DNA from: an uncultured Verrucomicrobiae bacterium
GTDB lineage: Bacteria > Verrucomicrobiota > Verrucomicrobiia > Limisphaerales > Palsa-1400
Assembly (NCBI GenBank): GCA_963702845.1
Contig: OY969763.1
Span: 1,728,001 to 1,792,000 of the forward strand
Length of the DNA: 64,000 bases
Reading direction: 5' to 3'
This document shows positions 16,392 through 27,152 of this stretch, in pieces (within the stretch, counting starts at the first letter, position 1; the number at the start of each line of letters is the position of its first letter). The notes beneath the pieces were generated by a model that did not search any database, was not told where the DNA came from, and worked only from the letters and a program-made list of their open reading frames with translations. The position numbers and the translations under genes were made by a program.

Positions 16392-18356
16392 TTAACGGTT
16401 ATAAATGGGGAACGTGTTCGCTAGCAGCAGCAGTTCCGGAGGCGCCGGTGACAAGTTCGGTAACACCACGCGCACCTGTGAGCGATAGGCCGCCAGTTTC
16501 TCTCGCAACGGACCCAAATCGTCCACTTTTTCCCAGTGCAATTTGTTCAGGTCCAGGACCAGCCGGCTCTTGCTCCGCGCCAGTGAATCTCGAATGCGCT
16601 GCCCGAGTCCGTCCGCGTCCGACGACGACAAAGCGCCCTCGAGCCGCATCCAAACCTGTTGCTTCGCATGTTGCAATTCCACTTGCACCGAGAAATTCGG
16701 GCTCGCGACTTTGGCGTGAAATTCTTCCCACAAATGAAATGCGCTCCATGCTTTTTCCGGCAGACGATACGTCGTGCGAATTAATTTCGGATGTTGAAAG
16801 AGGTTCAGCTTTAAAGTCAGTCCGGTCCAGATCGCAGACGCGACTGCCATAACAGATTTGATTCTGTCTTGCAGAGTCGCGCTGCCCAGCTCGTTGTGGA
16901 TGCGCTTCTCCACATCGCCAATCCAGCGTCGCACCGCACGATTTGGCCCGAGCAATCGGCCTGGGAGAAACACCGGATAAGCGTAGCGCAATTCATGGGC
17001 GAAATATTCGGTTTTCTGCCGCAGAACCGGATTCGGCGAGTCCTTCAGTTTCAAATATCCAAGGAAACGCGATTCGAGCACGCGATAAATGCTCGGGCCC
17101 AGCCGTTGGAAATCCTGTTCAAAGCACCAGCGTTGAATGTCCTCAATCTGCTCGGGGGAGAGCGTCGGATGTTTGATCATTGTGCGAAACCCATCGGCGC
17201 GACGGTAGAATAGATCTTTGTCCGTCGTATAACAGTCGTGCAACAAGTTGTCTTTGATGATCCGTTCGTGAAACGGTGTGCCGGGCACCGGTCCGTAAAT
17301 CAGAAATTGCGCCAGCGACGGTTTGAGTTTCATCAACCCATCCAGCTCCTGCGCGACAACTTCCTGGTTCTGATAATCAAACCCGATAATCATCGAGGTC
17401 AGCACCGTGATGCCGTGCTCGCGGAACTCATTCAGAATCTCGTCAATTGGTCGACCTTTCTGCTTCGCGTAATTCGAGCGCGTGCCTTCGTAACCAATCC
17501 AAAAACCATCGATGCCCATTTCCAAAATTTCTTCGACCGTATATTGGCTGATCGCTTTGATACTGGAAAAAGCGAAGATCGACAGCTTCTTGTCACTGGC
17601 GATCACGCAGTCGCGAAATTCCATCGCGCGCTTTTTGTTCAGCAAAAAGTCTTCGTCTAAAATCAGGAACACCAGGCTCGGATCCATGTCCAGGTAACGC
17701 TCGGCTACCGCATAAATATCCTTTCCCGACGGCAAGAGCTTGATGTGTTTGCGCGAGAAGAAATGTGAGGTGCAACAAAAGTCGCAACCGTTGGGGCAGC
17801 CCAGTCCGGCAAAGATTTTTCCTGTGCCTGAAACTTTCCAGCCAAAAACTTTCAGCCAGCTCACAATCAGCGGTTGCTTGTAGGGCATCGGAATTTCCGG
17901 TTCACCCAACAGTTTCCGAAACCACGCGACACCTTCCTCGCGGCATATATAATCCGCATACGGTTTGAGCACGTCGTCTTTTGAGATCGTGCCATAACCG
18001 CCCAACACGATCTTGCTCTCTGGCGCGTATTGGCGAATCAAAGCAACCATCTCCTTCATCTTGTGCATGACCGCCATCAAAAACGAGATGCCCACATAAT
18101 CGTAGCCCTTCTTCAATTCGCGGATGAATTCCTGCTTTGACGGGTATTGCAACACGACCGTCGGCGCATCCAAATTCTCCGCGATATAATCGAGCGAAAA
18201 ATGGACGTTGACCGTGCGCGGACTGAAAAGCCCTTGCGCGCGTGTCACCTGGCGATACAGCAGTTCATAGCCGACAGACGGTGCGTCACCATATTCTGGC
18301 CCGATTGGACGGCAGATGCTTGTTAGTAGAATTCGTTTCGTATTGGACTTCGGCAT
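16392..18356 (-). CDS. B12-binding radical SAM protein with C-terminal STAS-like domain
   Basis: IVLGGYG, GCPNGCDFC; C-terminal MRLEGALS...LVLDLNKL. Confidence 0.85.
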   Translation of the reverse strand: MPKSNTKRILLTSICRPIGPEYGDAPSVGYELLYRQVTRAQGLFSPRTVNVHFSLDYIAENLDAPTVVLQYPSKQEFIRELKKGYDYVGISFLMAVMHKMKEMVALIRQYAPESKIVLGGYGTISKDDVLKPYADYICREEGVAWFRKLLGEPEIPMPYKQPLIVSWLKVFGWKVSGTGKIFAGLGCPNGCDFCCTSHFFSRKHIKLLPSGKDIYAVAERYLDMDPSLVFLILDEDFLLNKKRAMEFRDCVIASDKKLSIFAFSSIKAISQYTVEEILEMGIDGFWIGYEGTRSNYAKQKGRPIDEILNEFREHGITVLTSMIIGFDYQNQEVVAQELDGLMKLKPSLAQFLIYGPVPGTPFHERIIKDNLLHDCYTTDKDLFYRRADGFRTMIKHPTLSPEQIEDIQRWCFEQDFQRLGPSIYRVLESRFLGYLKLKDSPNPVLRQKTEYFAHELRYAYPVFLPGRLLGPNRAVRRWIGDVEKRIHNELGSATLQDRIKSVMAVASAIWTGLTLKLNLFQHPKLIRTTYRLPEKAWSAFHLWEEFHAKVASPNFSVQVELQHAKQQVWMRLEGALSSSDADGLGQRIRDSLARSKSRLVLDLNKLHWEKVDDLGPLREKLAAYRSQVRVVLPNLSPAPPELLLLANTFPIYNR

Positions 18357-18535
18357 AATGCTTGATTGAGCAAGGTGTAAGCGCCGCTCAGTGGCTCAAA
18401 GAGAGTCGTAATGGGGCAGTCACTCCAAGGCAAAACAAGCAGGCACGGAAGCCAATCAGATGTCAAAGAGTGCTTCGAAAATTTGCTCACCCTCCGTTGC
18501 TTCACGATGAACAACGCAAGTTTAGCTCTTACAAT

Positions 18536-19018
18536 TTAATGTCGCTGTATGAGCAGCTGCTCCGTGCGTTTGAGCAACTCAATCTGTGCAGGATTGATTT
18601 TCTCCACTGCCTGACGCATGCCAAAAAACTCCGCCCGATCAATTTCCGGAAACGAAACTTTTTTCCCCGACCGCGGAGGCCACTCGATCTCAACATTCGT
18701 TTTGCACTGGAACGATGCCGATTCGCAATCGCCTGCGAACGCCCAGGCGTGGACGATCTTGCCGGCTTTTTGTCTTATTGAGCCGAGTGGTTGAAAGGGA
18801 CCGGTTGGAGTGAAGCCGAGTTCCTCATGGAATTCGCGTTGCGCGGCGGTGAGTGGGTCTTCATTCTCGCTGAGCTCGCCCTTGGGGATTGTCCAGGCTC
18901 CGTCGTCTTTGTTTTTCCAAAAAGGCCCGCCGGGATGGGCGAGCAGCACCTGCAAAACGCCCTCGCGAATGCGAAACATCAGTAGCCCTGCACTTTGCTT
19001 CTTCACCGATTCAACCAT
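18536..19018 (-). CDS. NUDIX hydrolase
   Basis: HPGGPFW, WTIPKGE...AAQREFHEELG. Confidence 0.9.
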   Translation of the reverse strand: MVESVKKQSAGLLMFRIREGVLQVLLAHPGGPFWKNKDDGAWTIPKGELSENEDPLTAAQREFHEELGFTPTGPFQPLGSIRQKAGKIVHAWAFAGDCESASFQCKTNVEIEWPPRSGKKVSFPEIDRAEFFGMRQAVEKINPAQIELLKRTEQLLIQRH

Positions 19019-22000
19019 ACACGTTGCAACAGAATTTTAAATTCTGTTTACAAACCATCGCAATTTCCGTTGGATAGCGCTGTGAGGTCAACCAATAGCG
19101 GGCCGCTATTACTTCGGCTCTTTGTTATCATTTTCCTCGGCTGGACTGTTTTCAGCGCACGCGCGCAATCAAACCTGCTTCTCATGGTCAGTCCGCCTGG
19201 TGAATTGGTGGGACAAGGTTTGACATTCGTAACAACTAATCAGGCGGATTTCAGTGTTAGTATTCCGACGGGCTGGCCGTCTGGCGTTCGCGCTCACGGT
19301 TTCGGCTACGATTTTATCTTCAGCGGACCAAACGCAAATATTCCAGGCATCGCCAGCTATTCAAATGCAACGAAATGGCCAAACATTGGCAGCGCCACCG
19401 CCGGGATGTACATCGCTACTAACGCAGCAACGTGCACGAATATATGTGGAAACTTCCAGATTCTTGAGTTTCACGCCACCTCTAACGCTGTCATCGACCA
19501 TTTTTGGATCAAATTCTCCCAAGTCTGCGAATGCGGTTCGGCGCCGGCTCTTTCTGGTGAACTCCGGTACAACTCACAACTCGCTCCATCGACTCCGCTG
19601 CCGCACACGTGGCATGTCCCGGCTGAGTTCCCAACCATCCAAGACGCGATGGACAACGCCAGCATCTACGCCGGCGATACCATCCTCGTCGGACCCGGCA
19701 TCTACAATGAATCCGTCTACTTCGGCGGCAAACGTGTCCGTCTCATCAGTTCCGACGGACCGGGGCAGACAGCCATTGTGGCGCCACCAATTTATGGCGG
19801 GCCTGCTGTAACAATGGATGGAGGCGTCAACTCCAACGCACTGCTCTGTGGTTTCACCATTTCAAACAGTGACCTCGGCGTATTGATAGCGTTGGGATGC
19901 AGCCCGGTCATCTGTTCGAATCTGATTCTCGATTGCGGGTCCGGAATTGATTGTCTGGGATCGCCAATTGTTCGAAACAACTTCATCAAAGATTACTACG
20001 GGGCTACGGTAAGAATTTGGGGCGGAGAGGCGCCTGTTTTCGAAAGTAATGTTATTGAGGGTGGCCGGGCCATTGAGCAGTTCAATGGTGGTCATCCGAT
20101 CATTCGCAACAACATCATCCGTTTCACTGGCGGCGAAGGATTTTATGGCGACGGCGATCCGGACATCATTCAAAACCTTATCGTAGGAAACGGCTATTTT
20201 GCCGTGCAATACTTTAACGATCCCAACACGCGCGGCCCTTCATTGATTCAAAATACCATTGTCAATGGCACGGGGTGGGCTGTAGCGATTAACGGTAATA
20301 ATGTTGCCGTTGTTAATAACATTATTGTTAGTGCGGAGCCGTTGAATGCGGTCTCTGGAACGGTTGCCGGTAACGACCTTTTTCCCTCTAACTCGATAGC
20401 TGCACTCTATATCGGTCAAAACGGCAATATCTCGGTCGATCCCGCCTTTGCCTTCGCTCCATCGCAGGATTTCCACTTGCTACCCGATTCACCGTGCGTA
20501 AATGCCGGTGTGAATACAAATATAATGACCGCGACCGATCTTGATGGCCGACCGCGCGTCAATGGGAGCGCCATTGACATGGGCGCTTTTGAATTCCAGG
20601 CCGCACATTATGTCGCCGCCGGCGCCGGTAATCCGGTTTTTCCATACACCAACTGGGCGACGGCAGCTTTGACCATTCAAGACGCCATCGATGCAGCGAC
20701 ACCCGGCGAACCGGTCATCGTTTCCAACGGTGTTTACAACATCGGCGCAAACATCGGTCTCGACGGCCAGTCGAGTCGCCTATCGGTTACCAATGCGCTC
20801 ACACTCCGCAGCGTTTCAGGCGCGGCATCAACCATCATCGACGGCGGAAACTCCGGGCGTTGTGCCACACTCGCAGATGGAGCGGCGTTGGTCGGTTTCA
20901 CCTTGCAAAACGGTTTTGCCACAAACGGTGGCGGTCTGCTCGGTGCCAGCACGAACGCCTTTGCGCAAAGCTGCATTCTTTCTCAAAATAATTCGCTCAT
21001 AGCGGGAAGTGGCGCCTACACGTGTAGCTTGTTGGATTGCGCCCTCACGGACAACCTGTCAGCCGCCCCCACCGTCATTGGGAACGCGGCTTATGGCAGC
21101 TACATTAGCAACTGCGTCGTTTCACACAACGACGGCTCTGCCGTTTCAACCATCGATGCGAGCACGCTTATTTCGTGTGTCGTTAACAGCAATTCAGCCA
21201 CGGCCATCCTTTCTTCCACTGCCGATAACTGCACGTTTGCAGCCAATACCAATGGCGGCGCGAGAAATTCCGTGCTCCGCAGTTGTGTATTGACCGGTAA
21301 CATCGCCACCTCGGGAGGCGGTGCCGCATCATCTATTCTCACCAACTGCCTCTTGGTCGCCAATGTGGCCGCGCAAGAGGGCGGGGGAGCCGCTGATGGT
21401 TCGGTTCTTGCAAATTGTACCGTGGTCGCGAACAGCAGCGGCCAAACCGGTACCGGTGGCGCCGGCCCGTCCTGTCAGGTCTTCAATTCAATCATTTATT
21501 TCAACACCAACGGCAATTACACCGGCAACGGTGCCTCATACTCCTGCATCACACCGTTGCCAGCGGGATTCGGCAATTTCACCAATGACCCTGCTTTCGC
21601 CGATCCAGCTAACGATTGGTCGCTTCAATCCAACTCGCCCTGCATCAATTCCGGCGACAATTCCGTCCTATTGCGGCCGTCATTTCCACTAAGTCTGATT
21701 TACCACGCATGGGCGAATCCGTTTTATGACCTTACCGGCAATGTACGACTTGTGGGCGATACTGTTGACGTTGGAGCCTACGAATTCCAATCGCCTGTCT
21801 CCGCCATCAGTTATGCATGGCTGTTTAAACACGGCCTTCCAACCGACGGTTCCACCGACTATCTCGACAGCGATGGTGACGGAGCGAGCAATTGGGAAGA
21901 GTGGCGTGCAGGAACCGATCCGTTCGACCCTTCGTCTAACCTCAATATTCTTTCCATCAAATATTCTGACCTTGGTCGGACGATCACGTGGCGTACCGTT

Positions 22001-22159
22001 GTCGGGAAGAAATATTTTATTCGGTACTACTTGCCGGACCGATACATCCCGTTCCGTCCGCTCTACTCCAATATCCCCGGCCAGGAAGGCACGACCAGCT
22101 TCACCGATACAAACCAAATCTCCAATGGCCAGATGTTCTATCGTTTGGGCGTTCAGTGA
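18995..22159 (+). CDS. large secreted right-handed beta-helix protein (choice-of-anchor-Q-like repeats)
   Basis: VPAEFPTIQDA, SPCVNAG, DMGAFEFQ / DVGAYEFQ, DSDGDGASNWEEWRAGTDP, C-terminal FYRLGVQ; true start probably downstream. Confidence 0.75.
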   Translation: MLLHRFNHTRCNRILNSVYKPSQFPLDSAVRSTNSGPLLLRLFVIIFLGWTVFSARAQSNLLLMVSPPGELVGQGLTFVTTNQADFSVSIPTGWPSGVRAHGFGYDFIFSGPNANIPGIASYSNATKWPNIGSATAGMYIATNAATCTNICGNFQILEFHATSNAVIDHFWIKFSQVCECGSAPALSGELRYNSQLAPSTPLPHTWHVPAEFPTIQDAMDNASIYAGDTILVGPGIYNESVYFGGKRVRLISSDGPGQTAIVAPPIYGGPAVTMDGGVNSNALLCGFTISNSDLGVLIALGCSPVICSNLILDCGSGIDCLGSPIVRNNFIKDYYGATVRIWGGEAPVFESNVIEGGRAIEQFNGGHPIIRNNIIRFTGGEGFYGDGDPDIIQNLIVGNGYFAVQYFNDPNTRGPSLIQNTIVNGTGWAVAINGNNVAVVNNIIVSAEPLNAVSGTVAGNDLFPSNSIAALYIGQNGNISVDPAFAFAPSQDFHLLPDSPCVNAGVNTNIMTATDLDGRPRVNGSAIDMGAFEFQAAHYVAAGAGNPVFPYTNWATAALTIQDAIDAATPGEPVIVSNGVYNIGANIGLDGQSSRLSVTNALTLRSVSGAASTIIDGGNSGRCATLADGAALVGFTLQNGFATNGGGLLGASTNAFAQSCILSQNNSLIAGSGAYTCSLLDCALTDNLSAAPTVIGNAAYGSYISNCVVSHNDGSAVSTIDASTLISCVVNSNSATAILSSTADNCTFAANTNGGARNSVLRSCVLTGNIATSGGGAASSILTNCLLVANVAAQEGGGAADGSVLANCTVVANSSGQTGTGGAGPSCQVFNSIIYFNTNGNYTGNGASYSCITPLPAGFGNFTNDPAFADPANDWSLQSNSPCINSGDNSVLLRPSFPLSLIYHAWANPFYDLTGNVRLVGDTVDVGAYEFQSPVSAISYAWLFKHGLPTDGSTDYLDSDGDGASNWEEWRAGTDPFDPSSNLNILSIKYSDLGRTITWRTVVGKKYFIRYYLPDRYIPFRPLYSNIPGQEGTTSFTDTNQISNGQMFYRLGVQ

Positions 22160-22310
22160 CCGTCCCTTCGAGCGATTTCTGCCGAGCCGGACGGGAATGC
22201 CCACCCCCTCAATTGAGGGGCATCGCAGCTCGTGAGTGGGTGATTTTTGCGGTGTTTTTCCGAAAAATTTTTTGCATTCAACCGCCACTTACCCTCACGA
22301 TGTCCCGTTC

Positions 22311-23840
22311 ATGAACGACGCCAACTCAACCGATGCTCTGCTACGCGCCCGCGGTGTCAGCAAAAGTTTCCCGGGTGTGAAGGCGTTGCAGGAGGTCGAT
22401 TTCACCGTCCGCACCGGCGAAATCCACGCTCTCATGGGCGAAAACGGCGCCGGCAAATCCACATTGATCAAAGTCCTGACCGGGGTTTACCGCCGCGATG
22501 CCGGCGAAATTTATTTAGGCAACAACCTTATCGACCCGCGCACACCGGACGAAGCCCAACGCCTCGGCATCAGTACCGTCTATCAAGAGGTCAATCTCGT
22601 CCCGCACCTGTCCGTCGCCGAAAATATCTGTCTGGGCCGCCAAAGCACACGCCTGGGGTTGTTGAAGTGGAAAGAGATTCGCGAGCGCGCCGAAAAAGCT
22701 CTCGCGCGACTCGGCATCCAACTCGACGTCACCGAAACTCTCGCGAACAATTCAATTGCCATCCAACAACTCGTCGCCATCGCGCGCGCTCTCGATACCT
22801 CGGCACGTCTTCTCATCCTCGACGAACCGACCTCCAGCCTTGATGAAGGCGAAGTTGATCGCCTGTTCGGTATCATGCGCAAACTCAAGGGCGACGGCCT
22901 CGGTATCATTTTCGTCACCCACTTTCTAGACCAGGTCTACGCCGTCTCTGACAAAATCACGGTCCTGCGCAACGGCAAGTTCGTCGGCGAATATCTGGCG
23001 GCATCCCTCCCGCGCGTCCAGCTCATCTCCAAAATGATGGGCAAAGAACTCTCCGAGTTCGACCTCTCTCGTGGTAGGGAGGATCGCGCCGCGTCGTCCT
23101 CTTCGCGCGCCCCATTACTCGAACTCAAAGGAGTCGCGCGCAAAAACTCCATCAAACCCATCGACCTGCAAATCGGAGTAGGGGAGATAGTCGGCCTCGC
23201 CGGGCTTCTCGGCTCTGGCCGCACTGAAACGGCTCGCATCGTTTTCGGTCTCGATCCCGCCGAGACCGGCGAAATCCTCCTCGACGGCAAACCCGTCCAA
23301 TTGAATTCCGCGCTCGAAGCCATTTCGCACAAACTCGGCTTCTGCCCCGAAGACCGCAAACTCGAAGGCATCATCCCGAACCTGTCCGTTCGCGAAAACA
23401 TCATCCTCGCGATGCAAGCCGGTCAGGGCTGGCTAAAATATCTTTCGCTGGCGCGCCAAAACGAGATCGCCGAACAATTCATTCGCGCGCTCAACATCGT
23501 TACGCCGAGCCCCGAACAATCCGTTCGTCTGCTCAGCGGCGGCAACCAACAAAAAGTCATTTTGGCCCGCTGGCTCGCCTCACGTCCGCGCTTATTGATT
23601 CTGGATGAGCCCACGCGTGGCATCGACGTTGGCGCAAAACTCGAAATCGAAAAACTGATGGCAAAGCTCACCACCGAAGGTATGGCGATTTTATTCATTT
23701 CGTCCGACCTCGAAGAAATGGTCCGTAACAGCCATCGCGTCGTGGTGTTGCGTGACCGCCAGAAAGTCGCAGAGCTTTCGCGCGACCAAATTTCAGAAGC
23801 CAACATCATGCACGCCATTGCGGCAACGGAGGGCAAATGA
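22311..23840 (+). CDS. sugar ABC transporter ATP-binding protein (YtfR-like)
   Basis: GENGAGKST, LDEPTSSL, LSGGNQQKV. Confidence 0.92.
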   Translation: MNDANSTDALLRARGVSKSFPGVKALQEVDFTVRTGEIHALMGENGAGKSTLIKVLTGVYRRDAGEIYLGNNLIDPRTPDEAQRLGISTVYQEVNLVPHLSVAENICLGRQSTRLGLLKWKEIRERAEKALARLGIQLDVTETLANNSIAIQQLVAIARALDTSARLLILDEPTSSLDEGEVDRLFGIMRKLKGDGLGIIFVTHFLDQVYAVSDKITVLRNGKFVGEYLAASLPRVQLISKMMGKELSEFDLSRGREDRAASSSSRAPLLELKGVARKNSIKPIDLQIGVGEIVGLAGLLGSGRTETARIVFGLDPAETGEILLDGKPVQLNSALEAISHKLGFCPEDRKLEGIIPNLSVRENIILAMQAGQGWLKYLSLARQNEIAEQFIRALNIVTPSPEQSVRLLSGGNQQKVILARWLASRPRLLILDEPTRGIDVGAKLEIEKLMAKLTTEGMAILFISSDLEEMVRNSHRVVVLRDRQKVAELSRDQISEANIMHAIAATEGK

Positions 23841-24856
23841 GCGCCAAACCCGTCAATTTTTCGTCGACATGGTCGAGCCTGAAGTGGCCCGCGCTCGCGC
23901 TCGCCTTGGTGCTTGTCTTCAACCTGTTCCTGACGCCGGGCTTCTTCCACCTGACGTTTCGCGACGGCCGCGTTTACGGCAGTCTCGTTGATATCATCAA
24001 CCGTGGTGCGCCGGTCATTTTGCTGTCGCTAGGGATGACGCTCGTGATTGCAACCGGCGGCGTAGATTTGTCGGTTGGTGCAGTCATGGCGATGACCGGC
24101 GCAATTGCCGCCGTGTTAATCACCAAGAACGTAACTTCTCTATTCGTGATCATTGGACTGCCGCTGATTATTTCCATCATTGCTGGCGCATGGAACGGTG
24201 CGCTCGTTGGTTTCGTGGGTGTGCCGCCAATCGTCGCCACACTTATATTAATGGTCGCCGGACGGGGTATTGCTCAACTGCTAACCAATGGTCAGATCAC
24301 GTTCCACAACGAAACCTTCGCCTACATCGCTCGCGGCCATTGCCTCGGGCTGCCATTTCCAATCACCCTCGTCGTGGTTGCGTTTGTCATCCTGCTCGTC
24401 GCAACGCAAAAGACCGCTGCCGGTCTGTTCATCGCCGCCACGGGCGATAACGAACTCACCAGTCGCTGCGCCGGCCTCCACACACGACGCGTTAAATTAT
24501 TCGTCTACGTCGTCTGCGGTTTCTGCGCTGGTGTCGCTGGACTGATTCCAGCCGCCGACATCCAACAAGCCGACGCCACCCATGCTGGCGAATGGCTGGA
24601 ATTGGACGCGATTCTTGCGACCGTTATCGGCGGCACAGCGTTGACCGGAGGCCGTTTTTCTTTAGGTGGCTCACTGCTCGGCGCGCTACTGATTCAAACT
24701 GTTACGACCACAATTCTGACGCGCGGCGTTCCGTCCCAATTGACGCTTGTCGTCAAAGCCCTGGTAGTCGTGAGTGTGTGCCTGTTGCAATCCGACAAGT
24801 TCCGCACCTTCACGGTCGCCACCGCCCGCTTCAAGCGAAAGGCGGTGCCGCAATGA
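23837..24856 (+). CDS. sugar ABC transporter permease (YtfT-like)
   Basis: GGVDLSVGA, LELDAILATVIGGT. Confidence 0.9.
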   Translation: MSAKPVNFSSTWSSLKWPALALALVLVFNLFLTPGFFHLTFRDGRVYGSLVDIINRGAPVILLSLGMTLVIATGGVDLSVGAVMAMTGAIAAVLITKNVTSLFVIIGLPLIISIIAGAWNGALVGFVGVPPIVATLILMVAGRGIAQLLTNGQITFHNETFAYIARGHCLGLPFPITLVVVAFVILLVATQKTAAGLFIAATGDNELTSRCAGLHTRRVKLFVYVVCGFCAGVAGLIPAADIQQADATHAGEWLELDAILATVIGGTALTGGRFSLGGSLLGALLIQTVTTTILTRGVPSQLTLVVKALVVVSVCLLQSDKFRTFTVATARFKRKAVPQ

Positions 24857-25815
24857 ATCTACGCACCATCAAACGGAATATCCCCTTCGCGGCCACCGCC
24901 GTCGTGGCTCTGATTCTATATCTGGCCGCCGGCCTGCATTTTCACGGCTTCATGTCGATGGGCGTGTTTAAAAATTTCTTTTCCGACAATTCGTTCCTCG
25001 GCATCGCCTCAATCGGGATGACGTTCGTGATCCTGTCGGGCGGCATCGATCTTTCGGTCGGCGCCATTGTCGGCCTGAGCAGCGTCGTCATCGCGATGAT
25101 GATGGAAACGCACCACGTCAGCCCGGTGCTCTCGGTCGTGACCGTCCTCGGAGTCGGCGTCGTCCTTGGAACGATCATGGGCGCACTGATTCAACTGTTC
25201 GCACTGCCTCCGTTCCTCGTCACCTTGGCTGGAATGTTTTTTGCGCGTGGGCTTGGTCTCGTTCTCCAACCCGAATCAATCACCATCAACAGCTACGATT
25301 CGTTGCTGGCGCACTGGTCATTGCCATTGCCGCTCACCGCTGTGATTTATCTCGCGATGTTCGTCGTTGCCCTGGTCATTGCTCATTTCACCAAATTTGG
25401 CCGAAACGTTTATGCCATCGGCGGCAACGAGCAATCCGCCATGCTCATGGGCTTGCCCGTCGGTCGTACCAAAATCAGTGTCTATGCGTTTAGCGGTTTT
25501 TGCTCTGCGTTGGCGGGCATTGTTTACACGCTCTACAGCCCCTCCGGTTACGCGCGCGCTGCGGATGGTCTCGAACTCGACGCCATCGCCGCCGTCGTAA
25601 TTGGTGGCACGTTGCTCACCGGTGGCGTGGGATTCGTCGCTGGCACTTTTCTTGGCGTCCTGATTTTTGGAATCATTCAGAGCGCAATTATTTTCCAGGG
25701 AACTCTGAGCTCGTGGTGGACCCGTATTGCTGTCGGCGTGCTTCTGCTAGTGTTTATCCTCCTCCAAAAAGCGCTCCAGCTAAAACGCTTCACAATTAAG
25801 GCGGTGTCCAAATGA
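24853..25815 (+). CDS. sugar ABC transporter permease (YjfF-like)
   Basis: GGIDLSVGA, FGRNVYAIGGNE, LSSWWTRI. Confidence 0.9.
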   Translation: MNLRTIKRNIPFAATAVVALILYLAAGLHFHGFMSMGVFKNFFSDNSFLGIASIGMTFVILSGGIDLSVGAIVGLSSVVIAMMMETHHVSPVLSVVTVLGVGVVLGTIMGALIQLFALPPFLVTLAGMFFARGLGLVLQPESITINSYDSLLAHWSLPLPLTAVIYLAMFVVALVIAHFTKFGRNVYAIGGNEQSAMLMGLPVGRTKISVYAFSGFCSALAGIVYTLYSPSGYARAADGLELDAIAAVVIGGTLLTGGVGFVAGTFLGVLIFGIIQSAIIFQGTLSSWWTRIAVGVLLLVFILLQKALQLKRFTIKAVSK

Positions 25816-27026
25816 AAACACGAATCGCTCTCTGTTTCCTGTTTGCGACGGTGATCGCGGCACTCGCGTTGCCGCCCGTTTCCGAACTGCCGGCGCGCTC
25901 TGAACTGCCTGATGCTTTGACGATGTTCGACGGGACGAAAGTGACTTCGAAAAGTGCGTGGCTGAAAAAACGCCGTCCTGAACTGAAGGACTTATTTCAG
26001 CATTACGAATACGGCCAGCTCCCGGCTCCGCGAAAGATCACGTCGCATGTCGAACTAACCGACACCAACTGCTTCGGTGGCAAAGCGACATTGAAGTTGG
26101 TGACCATTCGTTTCGGCCAACCCGAACCGCACATCGACCTGATGGTGGTAACGCCGAATCACAATCGCAAACCCGCCCCTGTGTTTCTCGGCATGAACTT
26201 CAGCGGCAATTTTGGGCTCGTCACAAATACATACGTGCCACTCCCGCGTGGTTCGATCCGTGGCAAAGTTCCAGTAGAAGAGAACCGTGGGAAGTACGTC
26301 GACGTTTGGGCCATCGAACAATCGATCGATCGCGGTTATGCTGTGGCAACACTTTTTTGTAACGACGTCGAACCAGACGAGAAAGATCCTACGAATGGCG
26401 TTAGAGAACTGGTATTCGATCAAAACACCGGCACGATCGCCGCATGGGCCTGGGGGCTGCATCGTTGTGTCGATTATCTCGTCACCAACCAGCAAATCGA
26501 CAAACATCGCATCTTCGTCGTGGGCCATTCACGGCTCGGCAAAACAGCGATTGTCGCCGCCGCGTTTGATGATCGCATCGCCATGGCAATCCCATTGCAA
26601 TCCGGAACAGGCGGCGGCGCTCCGAGCCGAGGCAACAAGCAATCGGAATCGGTCACGCGGATAAACACAACGTTTCCTCATTGGTTCAATGCGGAGTTTA
26701 AGAAGTTCAACGATCAACCGGAACGTCTGCCGTTCGAGCAGCATTGTTTGATCGCGTTGTGCGCGCCGCGTCCGGTGTTGGTGAGTTGTGCCGCTGGAGA
26801 CCTTTGGGCAAATCCCGTTGGCCAGTTTGAAATGGTCAAAGCCGCCGACAAAGTTTATCGGCTCCTCGGCACCGACGGCTTCGTCGCGACGAAAATGCCC
26901 GAGATGAACCGCGTCATCGACAGCACACTTGGTTATTTCATTCGTCCCGGAAAACATTCGATGACCAAACTCGATTGGAACGCGTTCCTGGACTACGCCG
27001 ATAAACACTTTGGTAAGCCAAAATAA
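25812..27026 (+). CDS. secreted CE15 glucuronoyl-esterase-like hydrolase
   Basis: GHSRLGK nucleophile motif, AAWAWG, IALCAPRP. Confidence 0.82.
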   Translation: MKTRIALCFLFATVIAALALPPVSELPARSELPDALTMFDGTKVTSKSAWLKKRRPELKDLFQHYEYGQLPAPRKITSHVELTDTNCFGGKATLKLVTIRFGQPEPHIDLMVVTPNHNRKPAPVFLGMNFSGNFGLVTNTYVPLPRGSIRGKVPVEENRGKYVDVWAIEQSIDRGYAVATLFCNDVEPDEKDPTNGVRELVFDQNTGTIAAWAWGLHRCVDYLVTNQQIDKHRIFVVGHSRLGKTAIVAAAFDDRIAMAIPLQSGTGGGAPSRGNKQSESVTRINTTFPHWFNAEFKKFNDQPERLPFEQHCLIALCAPRPVLVSCAAGDLWANPVGQFEMVKAADKVYRLLGTDGFVATKMPEMNRVIDSTLGYFIRPGKHSMTKLDWNAFLDYADKHFGKPK

Positions 27027-27152
27027 GGACGAACGCATGGTATTAGCATTCATAATCCGGGCGAAGTTTCTCTTATACCTGACCAAGTTCATTGACGTAT
27101 GAGCGAATGCATAATTAGATTCCCTCACACTGATTTCGATCGGTAAGAAGAA

